Notes: a model not told the origin generated them from the letters alone. A stretch of DNA of 64,000 bases from Candidatus Micrarchaeota archaeon (GCA_021799475.1 JAJZAJ010000002.1:82855-146854), one strand, 5' to 3'; shown: positions 37,447 through 46,661, counted from the first letter of the stretch. Numbers and translations: made by a program.

Positions 37447-37713
37447 TTATAAGATAATCCGAAGAAGAAGTAACAGATGCGATCTTTTCATTCCATGCAT
37501 CTCTGCTTCATCAGCCATCTTGAAAAGCAATTCTGACTTCTTCATCGCTTTCTCTGCATGCTGCAATTTACCTGCATGCACAGCAGACTGTGAAGCAAAT
37601 ATAAATTGCAACGCAGCTTGCCGATATCTTGTCTCATTTATATACTGCTGTGCCATTCTTATATGCCCAGTATATTCAATTTCAGAAAGATCTTTTTTTA
37701 TTAAGAATGTCAT
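37447..37713 (-). CDS. hypothetical small helical protein (88 aa)
   Basis: ORF between the surface-protein gene and sdhA. No motif. Confidence 0.35.
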   Translation of the reverse strand: MTFLIKKDLSEIEYTGHIRMAQQYINETRYRQAALQFIFASQSAVHAGKLQHAEKAMKKSELLFKMADEAEMHGMKRSHLLLLLRIIL

Positions 37714-37808
37714 TTTCCTCCTGATTAGAATACAGAATGAAATACTTATTCGTTGCTATTGCAGGTATTATGCTGTAATGGCTGCTGCTGAAGATTACTG
37801 AATACAAA

Positions 37809-37901
37809 TGAAGGAATGAAGAAAAGAAGAAAGAAGAAAAAGAGGAAAAATAAAAAATAGAAAGACCCGGGTTCTCCGGGAGCTGATTGCCTTAATCAGC
37901 T
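37809..37901 (-). terminator. probable terminator region: two hairpins plus a long pyrimidine/T-rich tract on the minus strand
   Basis: AGCTGATT-GCCTT-AATCAGCT (37881-37901) encloses the stop codon. CCCGG-GTTCT-CCGGG lies at 37866-37880. About 55 nt of T/C-rich sequence follow on the minus strand (the purine tract at 37809-37862 on the plus strand). Confidence 0.4.
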
Positions 37902-39254
37902 GGCTGTGATATTCGTGGATGCCCTGGCACCCTGCTCACCGCTTACTACAAGTCTATACACAGAACCTGGAGTTGGCGCGATGACTATATGCCCTTCTCC
38001 TTCTGAAATCACTCCTGTGAATGTGAATGTAGCAGTTGAGCCTGCTGTCATGTTATAGCCTCCATTGCTCTCCTGCTCGCTTTCACTATTAAGAGAAGGC
38101 AGTGTCAGCGTTCCATTCTGCGCTATCTGGAATGCAAACTCGCGCAGCTGTTCGGCTTCAAGACCAACAGATAGCGTCTCATGCTCACTCTCGTTAGCGT
38201 GAGAAATCGCATTCTCTCCTGAACTGCTGGATCCCGAGCCCTCGCCTACTGTGTTGCTTGGTGCATTGCCGCTACCATTGCCATGGTCACTGCCATTGCC
38301 GCTGGAGCTGCCGATTCCGGCGCCAACACCTACACCTGCATTCACACCTACCCCTATTCCGTTTCCAACACTGCTTTCATCACTTGCATTGATGTGCACT
38401 GTCGCATTAAGTGAGTTCTCTGGTATGACGAATACACTCTGGTTGCCATAAAGCAGCAGGTGCCTCAGATCAACACTCATGTTAGAGTTATCTTTGACAG
38501 TTACCGATAGAGTAGTCGTATTGCCGCTCACGGAAAGTGAAGATGCGACGACGCTTACGTTCGGGCGCGCTGCTTCGAGGCTGACCCTATCGCTTTCCAT
38601 TAGCTGCACATGCGCCCCTATATGCGTTGAAGCTGAAACGCTCTGATTGCCTACAAGCACTGCTCTTACTGATGGCACAAGGACGAATAACGTAGAATTT
38701 GCAGTGAATATGGTCGCGACTGTCGGAGTAAAGTCGAGGAGTGCGCCGGTCGATGCATTTACCTTCTGGTTTCCTGTTACTTGCGCTGTTATATAACCGG
38801 ATGGCACTGTGACATTACTCGTAACTCCGTTTATCGTTATCGATGCTGAGGTAACAGCAAATCTCACCATGTTGATGGTAGTGTTTGCTGAAAGGTTAGC
38901 TGTACCTATAATCTGCGATGTGTTTGTTATGTTCATCAGGTTTACCGAGCCGCTCCCCTGTGCATTGATCCAGCCAGAAGTGGAAGTGCCGCTGGTATGC
39001 ACTGCCAACGATGAATAAGACACCACAAGCGCACTAGTGCCGTTTGGTACCTGTGGAGGATCAGTCAGAAGGACAGGAGTCGATACTGCTCCTGTGGAAG
39101 ATAGTACCGTGGACGTTGAAACGCCTTTATTTGGCGCGGAAACAGACACAACGATCAGCACTATCGCTATTATCGCGACAATTCCAATTAGATACCCAAT
39201 GCTTTTGTTCATAAAAACCAACCAATCTATAATTGGTTTTATTACTCTGTGCAC
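37896..39254 (-). CDS. secreted/surface protein, DUF4382-like N-terminal region, Asn/Ser/Thr-rich with many N-x-S/T sequons
   Basis: A signal-anchor (IGYLIGIVAIIAIVLIVV) is followed by LLTDPPQVPNGTSALVVSY...VNLMNITNTS...VTVPSGYI. There is a low-complexity Gly/Ser/Asn linker (GIGVGVNAGVGVGAGIGSSSGNGS...). The probable start is M15 (39212). Confidence 0.6.
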   Translation of the reverse strand: MHRVIKPIIDWLVFMNKSIGYLIGIVAIIAIVLIVVSVSAPNKGVSTSTVLSSTGAVSTPVLLTDPPQVPNGTSALVVSYSSLAVHTSGTSTSGWINAQGSGSVNLMNITNTSQIIGTANLSANTTINMVRFAVTSASITINGVTSNVTVPSGYITAQVTGNQKVNASTGALLDFTPTVATIFTANSTLFVLVPSVRAVLVGNQSVSASTHIGAHVQLMESDRVSLEAARPNVSVVASSLSVSGNTTTLSVTVKDNSNMSVDLRHLLLYGNQSVFVIPENSLNATVHINASDESSVGNGIGVGVNAGVGVGAGIGSSSGNGSDHGNGSGNAPSNTVGEGSGSSSSGENAISHANESEHETLSVGLEAEQLREFAFQIAQNGTLTLPSLNSESEQESNGGYNMTAGSTATFTFTGVISEGEGHIVIAPTPGSVYRLVVSGEQGARASTNITAS

Positions 39255-39347
39255 GTATTTAAAGCTCTTGCTGTATTTCGGTTTTATTTCGGTTCTGTTT
39301 GTAACATAATTACAAATAATAATTACAAATAAACTATAGTAGGCCGT

Positions 39348-40652
39348 TTAGCCGAGTCTGCTTACAAAGTCTTCTATTCTCTGGTACCTCTTGAGCTTGG
39401 CCTCTATGTTCCTCCGAATTTCTGTTTCTGACATTTTTTTCCTTGCTACTCCTGTTTCAATGGCTGACCTGGCTACTGCTGCAGCTACATTAGCCGTTAT
39501 CTTCGTCATATCCTCATCCGCAAAATCTGGTATTATGTATTTATCTGATAGCATCCTCTGCGGTACGCTTTTAGCCAGGGCGTCTGCAGCTGCGATCTGC
39601 ATCTGCATGTTTATTTTCCTTGCCCCTATATCCAGCGCGCCCCTGAATACGGCGGGAAAGGCTAAAAGATTATTTATCTGGTTTGGCACTCCGCTCATTC
39701 CTGTCGCTACAATCTTAGCTCCTGCTGACTTGGCTGCATAGTAGCTCATTTCAGGTTCAGGATTCGCTAGGGCAAATACTATCGGCTTGTCGGCCATTAG
39801 TTTTATGAATCTGCTTCTGAATGCTCCTCGTTCTGATGCTCCTATAAGCACATCGGCTCCTTTTACAGCATCCCTGAGCCCGCCCATGAGCCGCTTCTTG
39901 TTCGTATGCTTGGCAAGGCTCTCTTTTGTTGGATTCATGTTCCTTTCCCTGCCATCATATACTATGCCGGCCCTGTCGATCATCACCAAATCTTTTGCTC
40001 CGGCTGTTATGAGAAGCTGTGCTATACCTATTCCTGCTGCTCCCACACCGTTTACCGCTATCTTGGCTTCCGATATCTTTTTTCCTACCAGCTTCAGTGC
40101 ATTCTTCAGCCCTGCCAGTGCGACAATCGCAGTTCCCTGCCTGTCATCATGAAACACCGGAATATCGAGCTCGTCGTTTAGCTTGTCGACAACTTCAAAA
40201 CAGGTTGGAGATGCTATGTCCTCTATATTTATGCCGCCGAATGCCGGCTGAATTTTTTTGACGAAATCGACTATTTCATCGGTTGTCTCTGCGCTTATAG
40301 TAATAGGCACTGCATCGACATCTCCAAACTTCTTGAAAAGGAGTGCCTTTCCCTCCATTACAGGGTAGCCTGCCTCCGGGCCTATGTTCCCAAGACCAAG
40401 TATCCTGCTTCCGTTTGATACAATAGCTATCCTATTTGCCCTGTTAGTCAGCGCATATGACATTTCCCTGTCTTTCTTTATCGCCAAGCTTGCATAAGCG
40501 ACTCCTGGAGTGTAAAAAACCGCTAGATCCCTCAGGCTCCTGAGCGGCACCTTTCCTATTGTTTCGGTTACGCCGCTATGCAGCCTATGTTCCTTGATCG
40601 ACATCCTTTTTATCTCTTCCATACTTGAGACAGAATCTCTTTTTGGTCTCAT
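39348..40652 (-). CDS. NAD(P)-dependent malic enzyme (oxaloacetate-decarboxylating malate dehydrogenase)
   Basis: LAVFYTPGVA, NGSRILGLGNIGPEAGYPVMEGKALLFKKFGDVDA, FHDDRQGTA and VNGVGAAGIG are the signature blocks of short prokaryotic malic enzymes. Confidence 0.9.
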   Translation of the reverse strand: MRPKRDSVSSMEEIKRMSIKEHRLHSGVTETIGKVPLRSLRDLAVFYTPGVAYASLAIKKDREMSYALTNRANRIAIVSNGSRILGLGNIGPEAGYPVMEGKALLFKKFGDVDAVPITISAETTDEIVDFVKKIQPAFGGINIEDIASPTCFEVVDKLNDELDIPVFHDDRQGTAIVALAGLKNALKLVGKKISEAKIAVNGVGAAGIGIAQLLITAGAKDLVMIDRAGIVYDGRERNMNPTKESLAKHTNKKRLMGGLRDAVKGADVLIGASERGAFRSRFIKLMADKPIVFALANPEPEMSYYAAKSAGAKIVATGMSGVPNQINNLLAFPAVFRGALDIGARKINMQMQIAAADALAKSVPQRMLSDKYIIPDFADEDMTKITANVAAAVARSAIETGVARKKMSETEIRRNIEAKLKRYQRIEDFVSRLG

Positions 40653-40653
40653 C

Positions 40654-41199
40654 CTATCGCACCCCAGACCTCTTTACAAACTGCGTATAAAAAAGTATCC
40701 CCTCTATTGTCTTCCCGTCGTTTATCTTGTTATTCTTAACCATCTTAAGCAATTCCTTTACAGAGTAGAGTTTTGTTTTTATTACCTCGTCTCTGTCAAG
40801 ATAGCTCTTTCTTTTCTTTAACCCGGTCATCAGGAACACAGGAAGTTGCTCTATCGTTATTCCAGGAGATGAGTATGAAGAGAATAGGTATTTTGCTGAT
40901 GTTGCCTCGTATCCGGTTTCTTCAAGAAGCTCTCTTTTCGCGGCAATCGCAGAGCTTTCTCCCTTCTCGAGCCGGCCAGCCGGAAGTTCATATATCCATT
41001 TCTTTAATGGTGCCCGATATTGCCTTTCCAGAAGCACTTTGCCAGATATCACAGGTACCATGACTACCCCTTTCCCAGGATCCATATAATAACCTACCAT
41101 CGTAGTTCTGCTGGGGAGTTTTCTTTTGAATTCCTTTATTACGAACCGCTTGTTCCTGTGCACGATCTTATCCATACGATCTATAACACCTCTCAGCAA
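40654..41199 (-). CDS. NUDIX hydrolase (ADP-ribose pyrophosphatase-like)
   Basis: 181 aa. Nudix box GRLEKGESSAIAAKRELLEETGY. Confidence 0.85.
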   Translation of the reverse strand: MLRGVIDRMDKIVHRNKRFVIKEFKRKLPSRTTMVGYYMDPGKGVVMVPVISGKVLLERQYRAPLKKWIYELPAGRLEKGESSAIAAKRELLEETGYEATSAKYLFSSYSSPGITIEQLPVFLMTGLKKRKSYLDRDEVIKTKLYSVKELLKMVKNNKINDGKTIEGILFYTQFVKRSGVR

Positions 41200-41419
41200 T
41201 CAAATAAAAGGATATCGAAGACACAAGGCGCGCTGGGTATTTATTGCTTTTTCTGATGCTAGCCTCTGCAAATGCCTTAACTTTTCAAGTATCTCTTGGC
41301 TTGCTATAGTATCTAAGGTGCCATTGCTCCAATAAAGTGATGTTTTAGATTTGAACTTGGATGATTTTCCGGCGAAAAACATTTTTGTGAAAATTTGACT
41401 CTCGATGACAAAAATAGGA

Positions 41420-41492
41420 TGGGGACGCCGAGATTTGAACTCGGACGACCAGCTCCCAAAGCTGGTAGTCTACCAGGTTAGCGTACGTCCCC
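41420..41492 (-). tRNA. tRNA-Pro (anticodon TGG), weak D-stem
   Basis: The reverse complement has acceptor GGGGACG/CGTCCCC, anticodon arm CCAGC-TTTGGGA-GCTGG and T-arm CCGAG-TTCAAAT-CTCGG, with U8/A14/G18G19/A21 in place. The D-stem (CGCT/GACT) pairs poorly. Confidence 0.75.
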
Positions 41493-41586
41493 ATTAAGAA
41501 GATACAGCTATCCTATTTCGCAGAGCATATAATAAATACCTTTCAGGACTAATATCTATTGTTTACGCTAGTTTTGTTGATGATCT

Positions 41587-42552
41587 ATGCAGCTGCCAGA
41601 ATTGCCGTGGATTGAGAAATACAGGCCTCATAACCTTGAAGAAGTTATAGGACAGAGGCTCATAGTCGACAGGCTCAAATCATTCGTAGAAAAAAAGAAT
41701 TTCCCTAATATGATATTTGCAGGTTCTGCAGGAATAGGGAAGACGACCTGCGCCATAGCAATGGCAAACGACATATACGGAGGTGATCTTGAAGGTGCCT
41801 TCAAGGAACTGAACGCAAGCGACACGCGAGGGATAGAAGTTATAAGAGGAACGGTGAAGGAGTTTGCCAAGACAAAAGCTATGGGCAGCGTTCCAATAAA
41901 AATAATATTCCTTGACGAGGCAGACGCACTGACAGCTGACGCGCAGCATGCACTTAGGAGGACGATGGAGAAATATTCGAAAGAAACGAGGTTCATCCTC
42001 AGCGCCAACTATGCAAGCAAGATAATAGAGCCGATACAAAGCAGGTGTGTGGTCTTCAGATTTAAGCCGCTGAATGAGGAAGATATGAGGAACTATATTA
42101 GTAGGATAGGTAAGGGAGAAGGGCTCGATATTGATGAAAAGGCAGTGCAGGCGCTCATGTATGTGGGAGATGGGGATCTCAGGAAGCTTACAAATATTTT
42201 GCAAAGTGCGGCGCTGCAGAATACGAAGATATCCGATGTCAATATATATGACGTAGCTGCAAGGGCAAGACCGAAGGAGATAGTAACGATGTTAAGATGC
42301 GCCATAGACGGTGATTTCGAAAAGGCCAAGGTAGAGCTCGATAGCCTTATGCTAAGGCAGGGCATGAGCGCGGAAGACATACTATCGCAATGCTATAGAG
42401 AAGTTCAGAACCTCAGCATAGACGAGAGGGCGAAACTGAAGACAGTGGTTGCTATAGGAGAGACAAATTTTAGGGTTGTTGAGGGAGCAAATGAAAGAAT
42501 ACAGCTCGAGGCATTCATCGCACAGCTTGCTCTTATCACGAAAGAAAAATAA
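41587..42552 (+). CDS. rfcS: replication factor C small subunit
   Basis: 321 aa. PWIEKYRPHNLEEVIGQ, Walker A GSAGIGKTT, DEADALT and SRC motifs. No intein. Confidence 0.95.
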   Translation: MQLPELPWIEKYRPHNLEEVIGQRLIVDRLKSFVEKKNFPNMIFAGSAGIGKTTCAIAMANDIYGGDLEGAFKELNASDTRGIEVIRGTVKEFAKTKAMGSVPIKIIFLDEADALTADAQHALRRTMEKYSKETRFILSANYASKIIEPIQSRCVVFRFKPLNEEDMRNYISRIGKGEGLDIDEKAVQALMYVGDGDLRKLTNILQSAALQNTKISDVNIYDVAARARPKEIVTMLRCAIDGDFEKAKVELDSLMLRQGMSAEDILSQCYREVQNLSIDERAKLKTVVAIGETNFRVVEGANERIQLEAFIAQLALITKEK

Positions 42553-43215
42553 TCAGCTGACTTCGAGTTCCAAAGGTCCGCCATAACTCTGCTGCGGAGC
42601 CTGGACATACAAGAATATTAGATATCCGTCATTTGGATTGATTTTAAACGGCAGTTTTGGATCAGAACTTACAAAAGCAAACGGCGGATTTATCCTGATG
42701 CTGTTGACTGAACCTTCCAGGCCAAGCACTTTCTGCATATTTATTGTCTGTTTGAGCACCTGGCCTTTTTGCACATCCAGTATCAATGGATGGTCCTTCA
42801 GTTCCACAACAGTCTTTCCGGTGTTTACTATTATCTTTGGTATCTCAAGATGTATCAGTTGACTCTCCGCTGATGCCAGTTCTACAGCAAGAGGCCCGTC
42901 ATACGCATATTCTGGAACCTCTATTGTTAATTTGAAAGGTATTTTTTGGCTTTCTTCAATTGATACAGGAAGCGTCGGAGATATAGATATTAGTTTGAAT
43001 GGGCTCTTTACTTCTATTCTGCTAATAATTATCGGAGGCGATTTCTGCACTTTTAAGAAGTTATAGTCTTTCTGCGGTTTGTTCGTGAATGGAATTTCTA
43101 TATCTGTAGTATTTCCTTTGACCAACCTGCCAGGTAAGGTATGGGTGGCACCCTGCCACCTCACATTTATCGAAGTAATCGAAACCGTCGTACTCCTCTT
43201 CAGAAAATTAAACAT
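42553..43215 (-). CDS. hypothetical protein with two internal beta-sandwich-like repeats
   Basis: Two similar segments: SPFKLISISPTLPVSI...KLTIEVPEYAYDGPLAVEL and PPFAFVSSDPKLPFKI...LYVQAPQQSYGGPLELEV. Start taken at M11. Confidence 0.45.
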   Translation of the reverse strand: MFNFLKRSTTVSITSINVRWQGATHTLPGRLVKGNTTDIEIPFTNKPQKDYNFLKVQKSPPIIISRIEVKSPFKLISISPTLPVSIEESQKIPFKLTIEVPEYAYDGPLAVELASAESQLIHLEIPKIIVNTGKTVVELKDHPLILDVQKGQVLKQTINMQKVLGLEGSVNSIRINPPFAFVSSDPKLPFKINPNDGYLIFLYVQAPQQSYGGPLELEVS

Positions 43216-43258
43216 GATAACCAAATATATATCTTCCGGAAACAACTTAAATGGTTAT

Positions 43259-43720
43259 ATGCTTAGAGAAGAAGATATGGCGCCTGCTTTCAGCCTAAAG
43301 GGTTCTGATGGAAAAGTGCATTCTCTGTCGGATTTTGCTGGAGAGAATGTAATTCTGTATTTCTACCCGAAGGATGATACACCCGGCTGTACTATCGAAG
43401 CCAAAGACTTTAACAGTATTCTGGATGAGATTGCGGAATTTGCTACAGTTATAGGGATAAGCGGCGATGATTATGACTCTCATTGTAGATTTCGTGATAA
43501 ATATAAGTTAAAATTCCTTCTTCTGTCTGATGAATCTCATTCAGTAGCTACCGCTTATGGCTCGTATGGCAACAGAGGAATATTCGGCAGGGGAACGCTA
43601 AGAAATACGTTTTTGATAGGGAAGAATGGAACAATACTTAAAGTATACACTAAAGTCAATCCGCTTAACCATGGAAAGTATGTGCTAAATGACCTTAAAG
43701 CCATGCTCAGCAAGAAATGA
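43259..43720 (+). CDS. bcp: peroxiredoxin, Bcp type
   Basis: APAFSLKGSDGKVHSLSDFAGENVILYFYPKDDTPGCTIEAKDF contains the PxxxTxxC active site. The ATG at 43259 is preceded by the TATA-like CCAAATATATATC about 30 nt upstream. The longer ORF-track N-terminus overlaps the upstream gene. Confidence 0.85.
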   Translation: MLREEDMAPAFSLKGSDGKVHSLSDFAGENVILYFYPKDDTPGCTIEAKDFNSILDEIAEFATVIGISGDDYDSHCRFRDKYKLKFLLLSDESHSVATAYGSYGNRGIFGRGTLRNTFLIGKNGTILKVYTKVNPLNHGKYVLNDLKAMLSKK

Positions 43721-43750
43721 CGTACTCAGTAGTTAAATATTTTAATCAAC

Positions 43751-44476
43751 TTGACGGAGTGTTCCAAGATGAAAGGTTACAATATGGGGCTTGAGAAGGT
43801 AATACCTGCCAGCACCCTACATATTAGAAATGAAGACGCAGTAAAGGGAAATATCCCACTTATTGATTTCCTGCTTAGGGAGAGCAAGGAATATACTGAG
43901 GAATTCAGAGAAAAACGCCAGAATAGGAACGCTTATGATACATCTGTGCTGCCCATCTTCAGTTTTATGCCGGCTCTAAAAAATTCATCGCGAAATGGCA
44001 TAGACGCCGATTTATTCAAAGTCATAGAGATAGGACGGCACTTTATCAGAGATGGATATGTGATGGATGCTTCATATACATCAAAAGCGTTGAACGAGCA
44101 GCCAGGTGAAGGAAAGAACATAGCAAAAATCAGCGGTTCTTCTGGATTGAAGGTGCTGCTTGGATGGATATGGCATCCACTCTCTATGGTAAAGGAGGCT
44201 CGCCTGCTTATGGTTGACGGGGAATTGAAAAACCCAAATTTGATGTTTATTGATAACAGTATAATGGACTTTAAAAATAATACTGCAATAAAGGGAGATT
44301 TTGGAGGTGCCATTATACGCAGGACAAGGCCTCATGAACATAAATTTATGGTGCTGAAAGGCAATGGCATTGGCAACTCACATATGATTATCACTATAGT
44401 TGAAAATATAGTCCTGATGACAAGAAGCAATGAGAATGTTAGATATTCCATAGTAGGAGAAGCCAAGTTTTGGTAG
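43751..44476 (+). CDS. hypothetical protein, tandem paralog A
   Basis: 241 aa, collinear with the next gene product (ESKEYTEEF / QSKEFTEEV; LLGWIWHP / LLIGWLQG; IVGEAKFW / PVGEISYKY). Confidence 0.55.
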   Translation: MTECSKMKGYNMGLEKVIPASTLHIRNEDAVKGNIPLIDFLLRESKEYTEEFREKRQNRNAYDTSVLPIFSFMPALKNSSRNGIDADLFKVIEIGRHFIRDGYVMDASYTSKALNEQPGEGKNIAKISGSSGLKVLLGWIWHPLSMVKEARLLMVDGELKNPNLMFIDNSIMDFKNNTAIKGDFGGAIIRRTRPHEHKFMVLKGNGIGNSHMIITIVENIVLMTRSNENVRYSIVGEAKFW

Positions 44477-45192
44477 ATGTGAGTGTTATGCAAAAAATGA
44501 AGTATTTTCCAGCAATTAATCTAGAGAGAGCGTATGAAAAAGGAGAAAATGAACCTATAATGGAATTAATGCGGCTGCAGAGTAAGGAATTTACTGAGGA
44601 AGTTTGTGGAAGGCGCTCCTATCATAGCCTATCAGACAAGATAACGCTTCTTCCGCTTTTGAGATTCGGACCTCGCAAGATATCAAGCGTAGATGGAAAT
44701 GGAAACCGGAGTATCCAGTATGCAGTAGAGACAATGGTGACACATTTTGTAATAAGAGGCTATCTCGCAGATGAAGAAAATGTGGATTACGCTTTCAAGA
44801 ATGGCATAAAATACCTTAAAGACAATAATAGAGGAATAAAAATAAGAGATGGGGATAAATTTACCCTGCTAATAGGATGGCTGCAGGGTAGCGGAGGACT
44901 GGAAGCAAGGACTATGCTTGTAAATAAAACAGGATGCAGTATAGAGTTGATGCTTGTAAATGATACGGCACTTGATTTTAAGACCTGCCGTTCCATACGT
45001 GGAGAATTCAGCAACGGGCATATATCAGATAGGTTTTCCGGGCAGTACCTTGTAGAGAGAGGAACGGGAAATTCAAAAAGGAGAATGATGATAGCATTCA
45101 ATGGAGATAATGTTTCTGTTACAAAAAAAGGCAGTATTATAACATATTCTCCTGTCGGTGAGATCAGCTACAAGTATAACGGCGCCGTATAA
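44470..45192 (+). CDS. hypothetical protein, tandem paralog B
   Basis: 240 aa, a paralog of the preceding gene. The start may be the ATG at 44488. Confidence 0.55.
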   Translation: MVDVSVMQKMKYFPAINLERAYEKGENEPIMELMRLQSKEFTEEVCGRRSYHSLSDKITLLPLLRFGPRKISSVDGNGNRSIQYAVETMVTHFVIRGYLADEENVDYAFKNGIKYLKDNNRGIKIRDGDKFTLLIGWLQGSGGLEARTMLVNKTGCSIELMLVNDTALDFKTCRSIRGEFSNGHISDRFSGQYLVERGTGNSKRRMMIAFNGDNVSVTKKGSIITYSPVGEISYKYNGAV

Positions 45193-45203
45193 ACTCTTAT
45201 CCT

Positions 45204-45434
45204 TTACATATAACCAAGGTCCCTGAGTTTCTGCTTTATTTTCTCAGCTTCATAAGCAGTCTTATCTGTTTGTTTATCCTCAGTAATCACTTCTCTCAAT
45301 ATGAATGCGACATAACTGGAAACAGATGGAAAACCAGTGTCTTTCAGGTGTTTTTCTACCTTCTTGAACAGCACGGTTGGTATTGACACAGAAGTGAACG
45401 GCTGCCTTGAAGGCCTCTTTATTTTCATACTCAT
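45204..45434 (-). CDS. ribbon-helix-helix (CopG/Arc/MetJ-type) DNA-binding protein
   Basis: MSMKIKRPSRQPFTSVSIPTVLFKKVEKHLKDTGFPSVSSYVAFILREVI shows a beta-strand + two-helix RHH pattern. Start taken at the internal ATG. Confidence 0.65.
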   Translation of the reverse strand: MSMKIKRPSRQPFTSVSIPTVLFKKVEKHLKDTGFPSVSSYVAFILREVITEDKQTDKTAYEAEKIKQKLRDLGYM

Positions 45435-45507
45435 ATTTATAACGCAAGCTTTAAATAACATAATTATCTATAATTATTTATAAATTATATATAATTATAT
45501 TGATAAT

Positions 45508-45528
45508 ATTGTGCGCATATTGCACAAT
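45508..45528. promoter_or_regulatory. inverted repeat ATTGTGC-N7-GCACAAT in the divergent promoter region
   Basis: Perfect 7-nt arms between the RHH gene and the gene at 45540, embedded in ATAATTAT-rich sequence. Confidence 0.35.
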
Positions 45529-45539
45529 TTCATATTGAA

Positions 45540-45860
45540 TTGATCGCTGGTAGGTTATTAGGTGGTATAATGGCAGGAGAAGAGGATTTCATGGAGGAGT
45601 TCAAAAAGAATCCGGATGAGGCACATTGGAAGCAATTTGTCGATATGATGAAGAGAGATAATGCTTCCTATTACAAGACAGTATTTGCAGGCAAAAACAT
45701 AGGTAGCGCGGATGATCTGAAAGATGCTTATGTAATAATTTATGATAAAAATTATGATCGTCTGTACACTGTTCCTATTGTAGTGCTGAGAGACGGGAAG
45801 TATGAGGGCGCAACAATATATTTAAGAGATCTTGAAATAAACAGGAAAGAGTTTAATTAG
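45540..45860 (+). CDS. hypothetical small protein
   Basis: 106-aa ORF, with a likely start at MAGEEDF (45570). Immediately upstream of cysD. No motif. Confidence 0.4.
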   Translation: MIAGRLLGGIMAGEEDFMEEFKKNPDEAHWKQFVDMMKRDNASYYKTVFAGKNIGSADDLKDAYVIIYDKNYDRLYTVPIVVLRDGKYEGATIYLRDLEINRKEFN

Positions 45861-45868
45861 GAGATTGC

Positions 45869-46657
45869 ATGATACAACAGGATTTGGATAAATTGGAAGA
45901 GAAAAGCGTATTTGTGCTTAGGGAAGCTAAAGCGAAATTCAAAAATATAGCCGCGTTGTGGAGTATGGGGAAAGACAGCACAGCGATGCTAGCACTTGCT
46001 AGGAAAGCATTCCTTGGTAAAGTTCCGTTTCCAGTCATACATATTGATAATTCAATCGACTTCCCAGAAACATATAAATTCAGGGAAGAACTTGCTAAAA
46101 AATGGAATCTGGATCTTATTGTGGTAAAAAGCGAGATAAGGGGTGAGCTGTCTGGCTTTGCATGTTGCGGCTCAAACAAGACAGATGCGCTAAAAAAACT
46201 CATGGATGAAAGAAACTTCGATGCGCTTATAGTATCTATAAGAAGGGACGAACACGGAATTCGCGCAAAGGAAAGGACATTCAGTCCTAGAACAAAGGAC
46301 TTCAAATGGGAGTATAAAGACCAGCCGGCTGAATTATGGGGCAACTACTCTTCGAAGATGGATGGAACATCACATCTCAGGGTGCATCCGTTATTGGATT
46401 GGAATGAAATAGATATATGGAATTTCATAAAAAAAGAGAACGTACCGATGAATCCGTTGTACTTCGCCAAAGATGGTTGGAGGTACCGGAGTCTTGGATG
46501 TACACATTGCACCGTACCGCTCAAATCCAATGCAGATACGATAGATAAGATAATAGAGGAACTTGAGACTACAAAGACCGAAGAGCGTTCCGGCAGATCG
46601 CAGGATAAGGAACAGGAATATACTATGGCACGTCTGCGGGCTTTGGGATACATGTGA
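45869..46657 (+). CDS. cysD: sulfate adenylyltransferase subunit 2 (PAPS-reductase fold)
   Basis: 262 aa. PP-loop WSMGKDSTAML, IRRDEHGIRAKER, and the characteristic C-terminus TEERSGRSQDKE...RLRALGYM. Confidence 0.9.
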   Translation: MIQQDLDKLEEKSVFVLREAKAKFKNIAALWSMGKDSTAMLALARKAFLGKVPFPVIHIDNSIDFPETYKFREELAKKWNLDLIVVKSEIRGELSGFACCGSNKTDALKKLMDERNFDALIVSIRRDEHGIRAKERTFSPRTKDFKWEYKDQPAELWGNYSSKMDGTSHLRVHPLLDWNEIDIWNFIKKENVPMNPLYFAKDGWRYRSLGCTHCTVPLKSNADTIDKIIEELETTKTEERSGRSQDKEQEYTMARLRALGYM

Positions 46658-46661
46658 TTTC

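Noticed and set aside
37809-37862. Purine-rich tract (GAAGGAATGAAGAAAAGAAGAAAGAAGAAAAAGAGGAAAAATAAAAAATAGAAAG) as a coding or repeat element
   Set aside because: It has no ORF and no clear periodic unit. It is best explained as the T/C-rich termination tract of the minus-strand surface-protein gene. A potential for triplex formation is noted but not pursued.
43079-43258. N-terminal 60 codons of the bcp ORF
   Set aside because: They overlap the convergent or upstream gene on the other strand. The Bcp homology begins at the ATG at 43259, which has its own TATA box.
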